Program-made: the position numbers and the translations under genes
Shown here: positions 1 through 9,033 of the stretch, piece by piece
Layout: each line of letters begins with the position of its first letter
Position numbering within the stretch: position 1 is the stretch's first letter
Sequence record: LC768500.1
Origin: Klebsiella phage phiKp_32
Strand: one strand, 5' to 3'
Length of the DNA: 64,000 nt
Notes under the pieces: model-generated
What the model was told of the DNA's origin: nothing
What the model saw: the letters and a program-made list of their open reading frames with translations, nothing else
Databases searched by the model: none

Positions 1-387
1 GAAGGTGCTATTCTCAGCGGGGCTGTTTTTATTAAAGGTCGGGGATCCTTCATTCTTAAGAAAGGATATAACGCGGCCGAATTTGACGCCATGCTAGATT
101 GGTTAGATTTCGATTATGACCAAGAAGCATTAGAAGACGGATTCATGATGATCCAGGGCTTCTTCGAACTTCAAGACAACTATCAAATCCAGCGTTATTG
201 GGATGGGGAAGTTGGAGAATGTTGGGTGGTATTTAAGTACCATGATTTAAGTACCATAACCGATCCGTTAACCTTATCGGCTGCGTTATTAACCGATAAT
301 GAATTCGTAGAAGAATTCGAAGAATATCTTAAACAGCATCCAGAAGAAATAGGATTAGAAAATGAAACCGATCGAACCGGGCTGTAA
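1..387 (+). CDS. hypothetical protein, 5'-truncated at the window edge (ORF 91..387 stays open in-frame back to nt 1)
   Basis: Frame 1 has no stop between nt 1 and 387; acidic small protein. Confidence 0.45.
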   Translation, partial: EGAILSGAVFIKGRGSFILKKGYNAAEFDAMLDWLDFDYDQEALEDGFMMIQGFFELQDNYQIQRYWDGEVGECWVVFKYHDLSTITDPLTLSAALLTDNEFVEEFEEYLKQHPEEIGLENETDRTGL

Positions 388-787
388 ATGTGTTATTGTA
401 GCTGACAAATATACTCCTGAGAATGTCGGTAAGGTCGTTACGGTTATAAATCGTTACGGTCAGGGAAGTTTCTTCATATTTAAATACCCCGACGGAATTA
501 CCGCGGGCGGATCGATCGACTCTCCCGCTTGGAGTGTTGTCGAGCAAATTGCTATGAGACTCATACCGCACGGGTCCTCACCTCTGGTGGTTCGTCGCAT
601 CGTCGATCTTTGCGGATCCAATGGGAAAATAAATGGGTTGGTGGGGGAACACAGACTTATGCGTATCGATGGGGAAGACTTCGACGATAATCCTTATCAG
701 GAGAAGAAACCCGTCTCCGACACACTAACTGAATTACAAACAAAATGGTTGGAGTCCCCTCAGGTCTGGGACCAATTCTCTTCTTAA
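362..787 (+). CDS. hypothetical protein
   Basis: 141-aa ORF; overlaps the upstream gene by a few codons, consistent with the compact phage layout. Confidence 0.45.
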   Translation: MKPIEPGCKCVIVADKYTPENVGKVVTVINRYGQGSFFIFKYPDGITAGGSIDSPAWSVVEQIAMRLIPHGSSPLVVRRIVDLCGSNGKINGLVGEHRLMRIDGEDFDDNPYQEKKPVSDTLTELQTKWLESPQVWDQFSS

Positions 788-809
788 TCACTTATTCTTT
801 GGAGTCGCT

Positions 810-1067
810 ATGAATTTCTTATGGGCCTTTCTTGGGTTTTTACTTATTTCCATTGTTGTTACAGTGGTTCTGGAAGTTAAGCGAGCGGGCGGTAAACCTA
901 TTCCTAAGTTATCGTGGAAGAAGGGATCCTTCCCAGCAATGCCTTTCATCTCCTTTATCTTTGGGTGTTTGTTGGGTCAATACCAGAATATCTGGGTCTG
1001 TTTAATTGGACTCGCTCTAGTCGTGGTGTTACTAAAAACTGACTTCTTCTTCGAAGAAAAAGACTGA
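810..1067 (+). CDS. small membrane protein (2 predicted TM helices)
   Basis: Hydrophobic stretches FLGFLLISIVVTVVL and LIGLALVVVLL; followed by the hairpin at 1069-1098. Confidence 0.5.
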   Translation: MNFLWAFLGFLLISIVVTVVLEVKRAGGKPIPKLSWKKGSFPAMPFISFIFGCLLGQYQNIWVCLIGLALVVVLLKTDFFFEEKD

Positions 1068-1093
1068 CTCTATAGGGCTAGCAAAAGCTAGCC

Positions 1094-1119
1094 CTATATT
1101 ACTTTTATGAATACCCAAC
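1094..1119 (+). promoter_or_regulatory. copy 1 of the recurrent AT-rich promoter-like motif (CTATATTACTTTTATGAATACCCAAC)
   Basis: Matches the other copies at 5387, 14508 and 20686; lies about 17 nt upstream of ORF 1136; its 5' end overlaps the 3' arm of the terminator hairpin at 1069-1098. Confidence 0.5.
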
Positions 1120-1135
1120 TTTAGGAATCAAAATC

Positions 1136-1717
1136 ATGATGAATCAATTAAAGGATTGGATCGATTACTCTTCTTACTGGAATACGTATAACCGTGTCCT
1201 TCTTCGTAAGGGAGGGATGTACACCGAACAGATCGAACTGGAGCTCACCCCAATTAACGACGAGTGGGACGAAGTTAAACTCTGTAAAATCCGTAAGCAT
1301 CGTACGAGCATGGGACCGGGGGATAAAATTAGTCATCATCTCCATCCTGACATCTTTGCATTGATGGAAGAGAAGCTAGGGTATTATTTAGCCCATTTCA
1401 TCTTTCACTACGATATCTACACTAAGCTAACCAATTACGATGCGAGAAGATACTGGTACTTGCTCGATCGCTATGTCTTTAATGGTGGAGGTGGGATACC
1501 TCTGGTGCTGATAGACCCAAACTTTGATTTGCTGAGAGAGGATTGGGCTAAAGGCACTTCCTCGGCGTACACTGATGCAAAACAACGCATTATGGATAAA
1601 TTGAACATAGGTTTAGATCAGGTCAACGATCTGAAATTTCACGACATTTTAAGGCGTTTAGACGCCAACGATCATACGCCGTTTAGAACGGGTGTCATGA
1701 GTTGGGCGGGGGTTTAA
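1136..1717 (+). CDS. hypothetical protein
   Basis: 193-aa ORF preceded by ttaggaatcaaaatcATG. Confidence 0.55.
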   Translation: MMNQLKDWIDYSSYWNTYNRVLLRKGGMYTEQIELELTPINDEWDEVKLCKIRKHRTSMGPGDKISHHLHPDIFALMEEKLGYYLAHFIFHYDIYTKLTNYDARRYWYLLDRYVFNGGGGIPLVLIDPNFDLLREDWAKGTSSAYTDAKQRIMDKLNIGLDQVNDLKFHDILRRLDANDHTPFRTGVMSWAGV

Positions 1718-1720
1718 TAA

Positions 1721-1963
1721 ATGAATCTTTATTTAGTAGAAGATCGAGCTATAGATTATAACGATTACGACGCCTATGTCAGTGCGGTGGTCGCGGCAAG
1801 CTCCGAAGAAGAAGCGAGAGAAACCCGTCACGGCCATCCGGTTTTTAACCCAAATGTAAAAATCCACTGGGTGAGTGATAAAGAACAATTAGCCGTTCGT
1901 TTAATCGGAACCTGTATAGATGAACAGACCGGCGTTATCGACGCTGATTTTAATGCAGGTTGA
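1721..1963 (+). CDS. hypothetical protein
   Basis: 80-aa ORF tightly packed after the previous gene. Confidence 0.4.
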   Translation: MNLYLVEDRAIDYNDYDAYVSAVVAASSEEEARETRHGHPVFNPNVKIHWVSDKEQLAVRLIGTCIDEQTGVIDADFNAG

Positions 1964-2002
1964 TGTATTCACAGAAAATAAAATGTCGAATAGGAGTTGG
2001 TT

Positions 2003-2272
2003 ATGTCTAAAGTATCAGCCAGCCCAACAAAGAGTTTGGGGTTATTGGTTGAAATCAAATCATTAATCAATGATGAACCATGTGCATCCGCCGAAGTCAT
2101 TGAGACTGACCTGGGGTGGATTGTTGAGTTTAAAACCAAAGCCGGTGTGAAGGTACTTGCTTCTACAAGAAATCCGTATCACCCCAAACTTTACAATTCC
2201 CCCAATGCAGCTTTGAATACGATCAAGTCTCTGGGCCTAGCCGAGACTAAAGTATTTTTTCTTAAGTCTTAG
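2003..2272 (+). CDS. small protein, tandem paralog A
   Basis: aggag-N7-ATG start; shares an E..GW.VEFKT..G...S.N.Y.PK....+.FLK pattern with ORF 2303..2578. Confidence 0.55.
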   Translation: MSKVSASPTKSLGLLVEIKSLINDEPCASAEVIETDLGWIVEFKTKAGVKVLASTRNPYHPKLYNSPNAALNTIKSLGLAETKVFFLKS

Positions 2273-2302
2273 GATCCAGGCTAGGTTTATTAAGGAAAGC
2301 AA

Positions 2303-2578
2303 ATGGCAGATACGTCAGAAATCATTATCACCAGAACGTTCGCTCAGTTAAAAGAACTTCGGATAATGATCAGCCGTAAATTGGTTAAGTCGGCTTCTTT
2401 GGTTGAAACTACAGAGGGATGGTCAGTAGAGTTCAAAACTGAATACGGAGATAGGATATTCTCTTCGTCAAAGAATGCGTACTATCCAAAGACCTTTAAA
2501 GGATTTACAGCGCCCATCAAAATGCTGAGAAAGATGGGATTTGACGAAGTAAAGCTGGTATTTCTAAAAGCCAAATGA
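2303..2578 (+). CDS. small protein, tandem paralog B
   Basis: Same length (91 aa) and conserved block as 2003..2272. Confidence 0.55.
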   Translation: MADTSEIIITRTFAQLKELRIMISRKLVKSASLVETTEGWSVEFKTEYGDRIFSSSKNAYYPKTFKGFTAPIKMLRKMGFDEVKLVFLKAK

Positions 2579-2599
2579 TATTAATTTAGGAGAAATGAA

Positions 2600-2926
2600 A
2601 TGAAAGTAACAATCCAAGTGCTGGAAGACAGAGAAGTCGATATTATCGAGGCCTTAGAAAAAAGTTTGTTCGTCCCCCATTTCTATTTCGTGCATCGGGG
2701 GCGGGATAAAGGAGAATTCTTAGGGGAGGATGACGATTCTATTTTGATCATCTCACAGGAGTTGGTTGATTGTTGTCCTGAACTGGTCGTATTGGAATGC
2801 GGGGATTTGGAAAAACTATGTTTCTCCCAACGACGCACCAAAACCGAAAAAGAGGTTATTATCGAATACCTCAAAGCCAATCGAGAAAAGATTATCAAAG
2901 TCACTGACTTGCCGGGGTACTATTAA
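2600..2926 (+). CDS. hypothetical protein, first member of a second paralog pair
   Basis: Shares LGE(D/P)DD..L.IS and EE..+.Y+K...+KII.+ blocks with 2926..3300. Confidence 0.5.
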   Translation: MKVTIQVLEDREVDIIEALEKSLFVPHFYFVHRGRDKGEFLGEDDDSILIISQELVDCCPELVVLECGDLEKLCFSQRRTKTEKEVIIEYLKANREKIIKVTDLPGYY

Positions 2927-3300
2927 TGTTAAAAAATCGTCCTGGGGTAATCGTTACTCATACCGACGCATCTTCTGCTCACGGTTGGATCGATCTGCTG
3001 ATTCGTGATCTCGACGATAAGAACGTTGAGACGCGATTCTGTATCTGCACCCCAACAAACCACAAGTTGGTTCATTTACTGGGCGAACCAGATGACTGCG
3101 TGCTGGAAATCTCCCAATGGAAACGAGACTCCCCGTATAACGTGGGTTATTTAGGAGCGCCGGAAATAAAGGGGTGTGAGCTTTCCGACGAAGAACTTCG
3201 TTCGTATGTGAAAGAGCACTCGGATAAAATTATTGATATCAATCTCGCGCTGGTTTTAACAAATGGGGGTGATTATGACGGCTCGTTATTTTGCCGGTGA
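2926..3300 (+). CDS. hypothetical protein, second member of the second paralog pair
   Basis: ATGA overlap with the upstream gene; similar to 2600..2926. Confidence 0.5.
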   Translation: MLKNRPGVIVTHTDASSAHGWIDLLIRDLDDKNVETRFCICTPTNHKLVHLLGEPDDCVLEISQWKRDSPYNVGYLGAPEIKGCELSDEELRSYVKEHSDKIIDINLALVLTNGGDYDGSLFCR

Positions 3301-3808
3301 TCTGCACTTAGGTGATCCTTCGATCATCAAATACCGTAAGCAGTTTAAAACGGTAAAGGAGCACGATGAATTTATCGCCGATACGATTTTGGTTAAACCT
3401 CGTGATCACGACGTGCTAACCATCGTGGGTGACGGATTCATTAAACCCGAATCGCTGTTCATCCTGAAGAAATTCCCGTATAAGAAACATCTTATCCCAG
3501 GGAATCACTGTATGGAGAAAGGCGTTAAAGTTACTGATCTCGCTGCTTTCTTCGACGTTGTTACCGGATCGTTTAAATGGAAGAGTGGGTTCTTCGTATC
3601 CCATGAACCTCAGCATCCTAATCATCTCCGAGGCCGCATCAATATTCACGCTCATTTGCATGATAAAGTAATCGAAGACGAACGTTATATCGGAGTGTCA
3701 TTAGAACAAACCGGTTATCGTTTAATCCATCACGATGAGATCTTATCTGGTTCTTATCGTACTTATCGCAAACCAACTCTTGAAGACCATTTACATTTAG
3801 GAGAATAG
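3275..3808 (+). CDS. calcineurin-like metallophosphoesterase (Ser/Thr phosphatase fold)
   Basis: Motifs GDLHLGD (GDxHG), VGDGF, PGNHC (GNH[DE]-like) and HAHLH (GHxH) appear in the canonical order. Confidence 0.55.
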   Translation: MTARYFAGDLHLGDPSIIKYRKQFKTVKEHDEFIADTILVKPRDHDVLTIVGDGFIKPESLFILKKFPYKKHLIPGNHCMEKGVKVTDLAAFFDVVTGSFKWKSGFFVSHEPQHPNHLRGRINIHAHLHDKVIEDERYIGVSLEQTGYRLIHHDEILSGSYRTYRKPTLEDHLHLGE

Positions 3809-3810
3809 CC

Positions 3811-4101
3811 ATGGCTCGTAAACCTTCTACCGTAGGCGAGATTATTAAGAAAGAGTATCTCGAACCGATGAACATGAGTATGATGGAACTCTGCCGTCGG
3901 ACTCATTCAAGTAAGGGCGCTATTTTCCATCTGCTTAGCGGGAGCAATCGTCTGAGTATTGAGATGGCGTTTAAACTCGCTAAACTCTTCAACACAACTG
4001 AAGAGTTTTGGCTGAACCTTCAGCGGCAAGTAGATCTTTACGAAGCCAAACGGAATAAAGAACTTAAAGCGACCTTAAAGAAAATTACCCCCGTTGAGTA
4101 G
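3811..4101 (+). CDS. higA: HigA-like Xre-family HTH antitoxin
   Basis: GEIIKKEYLEPMNMS..ELCRRT..SKGAIFHLLSGSNRLSIEMAFKLAKLF..TEEFWLNLQ..VDLYEA aligns along its full length with E. coli HigA. Its start lies 2 nt after the stop of the phosphoesterase gene. Confidence 0.75.
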   Translation: MARKPSTVGEIIKKEYLEPMNMSMMELCRRTHSSKGAIFHLLSGSNRLSIEMAFKLAKLFNTTEEFWLNLQRQVDLYEAKRNKELKATLKKITPVE

Positions 4102-4128
4102 ACCGGGTAATAATTTATTTTTAGGAGA

Positions 4129-4671
4129 ATGATGATGATCAATTGTTTAGAACCCAACGAGTTCGCTCAGTTTAAAGCACAGTGGGATAAATATTTCGAG
4201 GAGGGTCTTCCCGGACTCGATGAAAGAATGAAGGGTCCGATGCTGATCCTGAACGCAATACCCGGGGTAGCGACCCGCTTTTGTTGTTCCGGTCATACCT
4301 TTGAAGAAAGGTTATCGTCCCACCCGACCAAAGCGTATTCTCGCGTACAGAAAAGGAACTTCATTTTTGTCGTTGAAGAAGGTCATGCTGATATTTTCTT
4401 TGCGTTTGAGATACTCTTCAAATTATTGAACAAAGACGAGTTTAGTTTTTGCCGGCCTTCTTTAGAAACCACTCTGCTCAAGAAAAACTTCGGTGAGTCG
4501 GAAACCTATCCGGTTTGGGTATTCGAAATGAATTGGGTTTACGAACTCACCGAGGAAGAAAAAATAAAGGGAAGGGATAAGACCCAGAACGAACTCTGGG
4601 AGAAACTCCTCAGAGGACTGTTCCTGATCACCGATCCTGAGACCCGTCATAAGCATCAGGAGTTACTCTAG
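4129..4671 (+). CDS. hypothetical protein
   Basis: 180-aa ORF preceded by tttttaggagaATG. Confidence 0.5.
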   Translation: MMMINCLEPNEFAQFKAQWDKYFEEGLPGLDERMKGPMLILNAIPGVATRFCCSGHTFEERLSSHPTKAYSRVQKRNFIFVVEEGHADIFFAFEILFKLLNKDEFSFCRPSLETTLLKKNFGESETYPVWVFEMNWVYELTEEEKIKGRDKTQNELWEKLLRGLFLITDPETRHKHQELL

Positions 4672-4806
4672 TCTCTTCGATATTTAGCAAAGCAACAGTT
4701 CTCTTGTTAAGATAAATAAATGATGTAATGGTATGGCCTGTCGGCCTAGGTGGGGGTAGCCTTGTGGATTACTCTCATTCCTCTCGTAAATGTTGGAGAA
4801 ATAAAA

Positions 4807-5322
4807 ATGGCTAAAGAAAACGTTGTTCGTATTCCACTGTATAATTTAGGTAATCTTTCCTGCGTAGGGTATCGAGAAGGGTGTGGGTATAACGTTAAGG
4901 TTTATTGGGGTGATTATCTGCTGGCCTCTAAACCTAATCTCACTCAAGCGCTCGACTTCGCTTATATCGGAGTTCGACTCTTCTCCCCGACCCACAGTGA
5001 ATGGTTAACCAACGATCTGCGCTTAACTATTTGTGAATCGTTGATAAAAGCCCGTTTATTAATTGACGGTAATCATAGCGTAGAGCGTTCTTCTGTTCTT
5101 TCGGAGGGTTTCCTTAAGCATTGGAAAACAGACGAATCCGGAGTAGACTATTATCTGGAAGTACGTCTTGCTAGAGATCCAGGTAAAATAGAAGACGACA
5201 TCGTTCAAGTCACCTTAAAGTACGACAACGACGGGTGTAGTCTCACTCATAGCTTCAAGAAATACGCTTCCGTTTTCAACTATAAAAAGCATTTAGGTCT
5301 TTTCAAACAAGTTACCTATTGA
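4807..5322 (+). CDS. hypothetical protein
   Basis: An internal ATG with ggagaaataaaaATG is a more plausible start than the annotated 4750; followed by the hairpin terminator. Confidence 0.5.
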   Translation: MAKENVVRIPLYNLGNLSCVGYREGCGYNVKVYWGDYLLASKPNLTQALDFAYIGVRLFSPTHSEWLTNDLRLTICESLIKARLLIDGNHSVERSSVLSEGFLKHWKTDESGVDYYLEVRLARDPGKIEDDIVQVTLKYDNDGCSLTHSFKKYASVFNYKKHLGLFKQVTY

Positions 5323-5331
5323 GCCAATCTA

Positions 5332-5360
5332 ACTCCTACTCCCTTATCGGGAGTAGGAGT
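5332..5360 (+). terminator. hairpin terminator ACTCCTACTCCCTTATCGGGAGTAGGAGT
   Basis: Perfect 12-bp stem; its exact reverse complement occurs at 30669-30697. Confidence 0.6.
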
Positions 5361-5386
5361 TATTGCACATGTAAATAAAAACAGAC

Positions 5387-5413
5387 CTGTATTATCTTTA
5401 TGTAGAACAATCC
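5387..5413 (+). promoter_or_regulatory. copy 2 of the promoter-like motif (CTGTATTATCTTTATGTAGAACAATCC)
   Basis: About 25 nt upstream of ORF 5438; aligns with the other three copies. Confidence 0.45.
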
Positions 5414-5437
5414 ATAACCTTTTTAGGAGCAAATAAC

Positions 5438-5740
5438 ATGAACGTCTATTTAGTTAAACCGATGGAATTTACTGGCGATGAAGATATCAACGGCATGGTG
5501 GTAGTGGCAGAAAACAGTGTTGCCGCGCTCCTCACCCATCCTCATGTGGACGAGGACGGGAATTCATTTGAATGGGTACGGGATACGGATTCAGAAAACG
5601 GGGCGTGGGTTGATGAAGAAGGTCGAACAGATATCTTCCATGGTTGTGGGTGGCCAGCACCACATCGGTTACACTGTGTTCTGTTGGGCGTAGCCGCTGA
5701 CGGGATGGAAGAAGGCATCGTGTTGGTCGATCGCGATTAA
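5438..5740 (+). CDS. hypothetical acidic protein
   Basis: 100-aa ORF preceded by tttttaggagcaaataacATG. Confidence 0.5.
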   Translation: MNVYLVKPMEFTGDEDINGMVVVAENSVAALLTHPHVDEDGNSFEWVRDTDSENGAWVDEEGRTDIFHGCGWPAPHRLHCVLLGVAADGMEEGIVLVDRD

Positions 5741-5750
5741 GGGGTAGAAT

Positions 5751-6272
5751 ATGAAAGTTGTTAGATTTGGTAATGTAACCGTCAATAAAGATAATAAACT
5801 GGAGATCGCCCGATTTAATTTCTCCAGTGCGTATGACGGCGAACCAGTCACCCCGGCAGGGATGATTAAAGCTATCGTAAACTGTCTTAATGATTACGTT
5901 GGTAAGACGGATGGGATGTTCAGCCCCGTTAAGGATCTAAGTGGCTCGCCACTTCTAATGGGGTCAAACATTCCAAAAGATCAGTCGGTGTTAATGATTC
6001 CCGACGGCACCCTGGCTTTAGCCGAACTGGATCCTCCTGTCTTTAGCACCAACGAATACACGTTCTTAGAAGTAGAAGAACGCGTTTATCAGCTCATAGC
6101 GATGCAAATAGGTATAACACTCACTACCGAAATGGGCGTCATTCCTGGGTCGGTTGAACTGATTGATGTGGATGACTCTCGTCCACATCCCGACAATGTC
6201 GTAGGTTACTGCCTGACATTAGAAAATCCACCGCGGTATTTCTTGAAAGTTAAGAATAAAGGAGTTCGGTAA
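5751..6272 (+). CDS. hypothetical protein
   Basis: 173-aa ORF. Confidence 0.5.
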   Translation: MKVVRFGNVTVNKDNKLEIARFNFSSAYDGEPVTPAGMIKAIVNCLNDYVGKTDGMFSPVKDLSGSPLLMGSNIPKDQSVLMIPDGTLALAELDPPVFSTNEYTFLEVEERVYQLIAMQIGITLTTEMGVIPGSVELIDVDDSRPHPDNVVGYCLTLENPPRYFLKVKNKGVR

Positions 6273-7057
6273 TGTTAGAGACCCAGCTTAAAGATCGCCT
6301 GACCATCCTGAACACTTTCGAATGGTTTACCTACTTCTGGAATAAATTCCAGGAAGGCATGTATGATGTAAGGCGAACCATGCATAGCGCGTCGGTTGCG
6401 ATTAATAACGGCGATTGTGCGGTAGCCGCTTTAGCGGTAAGTTCCGTTTTGAATCGTCGACTGGATGTTAACGTTGGAATGGCTCGCAATACTCTTCACG
6501 CCTGGGTCACTATCGGCAACGATATCTTTGATACCGAATTTCCAACGGGACACGATATAGCGAGTTTTAAATCTCGTTGGGGCGATCGTATCAGTGAGGT
6601 GGTTTTAACGCCTGAGACTCTCGTAGAAGAGTTTATGCCGTGCGATTTGGTAGGCGCCTATCTTGTAAAAGAATTTTGCGGGACAATGGGCGAGGTGCAT
6701 CCTAAAGAAATCGATTTTCTTCTGACCAACCCTACCGAATATGAATCTCAGGAAGGGATTAGTAAAATCGGAAAGGCTCTCGCATTTGCAGTAGAAGAAA
6801 CCCTGAAAGCCCGCAGGACAGTAACGACTATCAAACACGAGTCTTACTTCACTGCCAAAGAAGCCACGATGGATCATGAGCTCAAAGATCATGTCAGGGA
6901 TATCTATTCCGGTATTCTGATCTGCGTACTGGTGGATAAGAACGATCACAAAGTGATCGGAGAGTCTTATCACAAAGGACCAGAAACAGAACGCACGCTA
7001 CTGGCGAGATCCAGAGCTAAGTTTATTGCTCTGGATAAACTTAGAGACGTGGTGTGA
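6272..7057 (+). CDS. transglutaminase-like cysteine protease superfamily protein
   Basis: Cys/His/Asp triad context GDCAVAALAVSSVL ... HAWVTIGNDIFDTEF. Confidence 0.45.
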   Translation: MLETQLKDRLTILNTFEWFTYFWNKFQEGMYDVRRTMHSASVAINNGDCAVAALAVSSVLNRRLDVNVGMARNTLHAWVTIGNDIFDTEFPTGHDIASFKSRWGDRISEVVLTPETLVEEFMPCDLVGAYLVKEFCGTMGEVHPKEIDFLLTNPTEYESQEGISKIGKALAFAVEETLKARRTVTTIKHESYFTAKEATMDHELKDHVRDIYSGILICVLVDKNDHKVIGESYHKGPETERTLLARSRAKFIALDKLRDVV

Positions 7058-7082
7058 TCATTCAATTTTAGGAAACAAAATC

Positions 7083-8783
7083 ATGAACGAAGAAAGTAAA
7101 ATCGCGATCGTTTCTCATGGGGAGGTTGTTGAGTTTGATCCTAACAGTGCTGACCATCGAAAGATTCTTGAGTCGGCAAATAGGAAACTTATAACGAACG
7201 AACTCTACCAGCGAGATTTAAAACGCTTTAAAGAGCTGGTTTTGTTTTATCAAAGTGCGGTTAGCAAAGAAACCGTCGATGATAAAATTGAGGAGTTCTT
7301 AAGGGCTACCGGGATAAGGTTGGACTATTCTGATCTGGCCATTTTTAACTACGGGTACCCGGACATAGATGGATACTTCGAAGCCCTCTATAACCGCGCA
7401 ATGGGTATTGAGTCAGCTGATGAGAATCCGATTGTTGGACTGAAGGAGAAGAGCTTGGACCCTCAACATTCATCAACCAACGCTGGCGGTGGGTTATTAT
7501 ACGACATTCTGCTCCGTAAATTTAACCGTTTTATGCAGAACGTAACAGCTGACCTTTTATTATTAGTGGACGTAAAATCGTTAACAAGGCAATGCCGGAT
7601 TGAGACAAACATCCTCAGAAAAATAGAGGGGTTTAATAAAGAAACAAATCTGGAACTGGATCGCGTCGGCATAGGTCGCTCAATCGATGAAAATTCTCAA
7701 ACCGAGTATTTTAATGTTCTTTTCGTAGACCTAATTAAACGATCAGAAGAATTCAGAATACAGACGATCCCTCTTTCGGAGAAAATTCGGTTTTATCAAT
7801 CAGACTGTGGTGAAATCAGGATTGGTGGAAGTGATAAACCTTCAACCATAATCTTATCGTTACTGGTTACCGATAAGGAAGGACGAGTGTGTTCGCGGAA
7901 TACCGGGGAGTTATTGCCTGGTGACAAACCACTGTCATGTTTTATCTGTAACGACTCGGCGGATAAAAAGGAATCAAGAAATGAGCAACCTACTGGAAGA
8001 TTAAGAACGCCCTCGCGTTATTGGTACGATCGTTTCGGCCACCCTCATCTTTTAGAGTCTGGTAAGCCAATGCACGTAAACTTTATTAAATGCGAACCGG
8101 GGTACGGTAAATATTTGGATCTGTCAGTCAATAAGGGTCCGATACCCTCCCCCGATCCTCGCGATGAAAGCGTAAGGGGTAAAGATACCGTTATTCAAAA
8201 CGGCATTTCAATTACCACTGGGAAAGTCAACATGCATGCGCTTGAGGCGGCATGTCGGACAATGGCTGAAAATATGAAAGCCATGCACCGCAAGCCCGTC
8301 TCTGATGAATTTCGCGATAAACTTTACGAGGCGCTGGCCGCCTTTTATCATCGACATCACTCTCTAGGAAATGCTTCAAGAGAGTTCCTGTACGGGGATG
8401 TTATTTGCATCGAACGGTTTAAGCGCGAGTTTGGAATTGTTTTCTCCGATAAGGACGTGGACGCGTTTCTTAACGGAGTTATGCCTATTCCTGAGTTACT
8501 CAGCAAATACGTTAGAGAACTCCGTCCCGGTGAAAAGAAAATCACAACTTACTCACAATACGCTTTAGCTCTAAACACAATAACCTCGTTATTGTGTTTG
8601 TTTCCTTCAAACGTAAGGACGAGAGAAGATATTGAACGTGCTAAAGCATTACACGTTCAATTCAATATTCGTTTTGACATTGATATGTCCGAAGAGGATT
8701 TCTTAGCGATTATCTATCGTCATGGCGCCCCCCGCCATTTTCTCAAAAAACACGCTACCACTGAAGCCACTAAAGGTGAATAA
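7083..8783 (+). CDS. hypothetical large protein (566 aa)
   Basis: Start chosen at ttttaggaaacaaaatcATG; no motif recognised. Confidence 0.5.
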   Translation: MNEESKIAIVSHGEVVEFDPNSADHRKILESANRKLITNELYQRDLKRFKELVLFYQSAVSKETVDDKIEEFLRATGIRLDYSDLAIFNYGYPDIDGYFEALYNRAMGIESADENPIVGLKEKSLDPQHSSTNAGGGLLYDILLRKFNRFMQNVTADLLLLVDVKSLTRQCRIETNILRKIEGFNKETNLELDRVGIGRSIDENSQTEYFNVLFVDLIKRSEEFRIQTIPLSEKIRFYQSDCGEIRIGGSDKPSTIILSLLVTDKEGRVCSRNTGELLPGDKPLSCFICNDSADKKESRNEQPTGRLRTPSRYWYDRFGHPHLLESGKPMHVNFIKCEPGYGKYLDLSVNKGPIPSPDPRDESVRGKDTVIQNGISITTGKVNMHALEAACRTMAENMKAMHRKPVSDEFRDKLYEALAAFYHRHHSLGNASREFLYGDVICIERFKREFGIVFSDKDVDAFLNGVMPIPELLSKYVRELRPGEKKITTYSQYALALNTITSLLCLFPSNVRTREDIERAKALHVQFNIRFDIDMSEEDFLAIIYRHGAPRHFLKKHATTEATKGE

Positions 8784-8960
8784 ATGCAACCACTGATCAG
8801 TCTTAAAGAGTTAGCCAAACTTCTGGGTATTTCCGTTAAAACCCTGAAAATTCGTATTAGCAAAGGTACTGTTCCCCAGCCTTTCGTTAGCGAGGGGAAA
8901 AATATGCGTTGGATGCGTTCTGACGTTGAACATCTCTTCTCTAAAGAAGAAGTCGTTTAA
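8784..8960 (+). CDS. AlpA/Xis-like small HTH DNA-binding protein (58 aa), not in the ORF track
   Basis: MQPLISLKELAKLLGISVKTLKIRISKGTVPQPF...RWMRSDVEHLF matches the AlpA family pattern (L..E.A..LG+S..T+...I..G.FP.P......RW...D+..W). Confidence 0.5.
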   Translation: MQPLISLKELAKLLGISVKTLKIRISKGTVPQPFVSEGKNMRWMRSDVEHLFSKEEVV

Positions 8961-9033
8961 GTTGTAAATATTTACAGCCCTGTACTATTGTAATGGTCAA
9001 CCGACCGTAAACTTTAATTAAAGGAAAGAAATT

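Noticed and set aside
4690-4730. Sigma70-like promoter (TTGTTA-N16-TGATGTAAT) upstream of ORF 4807
   Set aside because: It is a single instance with imperfect spacing that could arise by chance in AT-rich DNA. It is mentioned only as a weak possibility.
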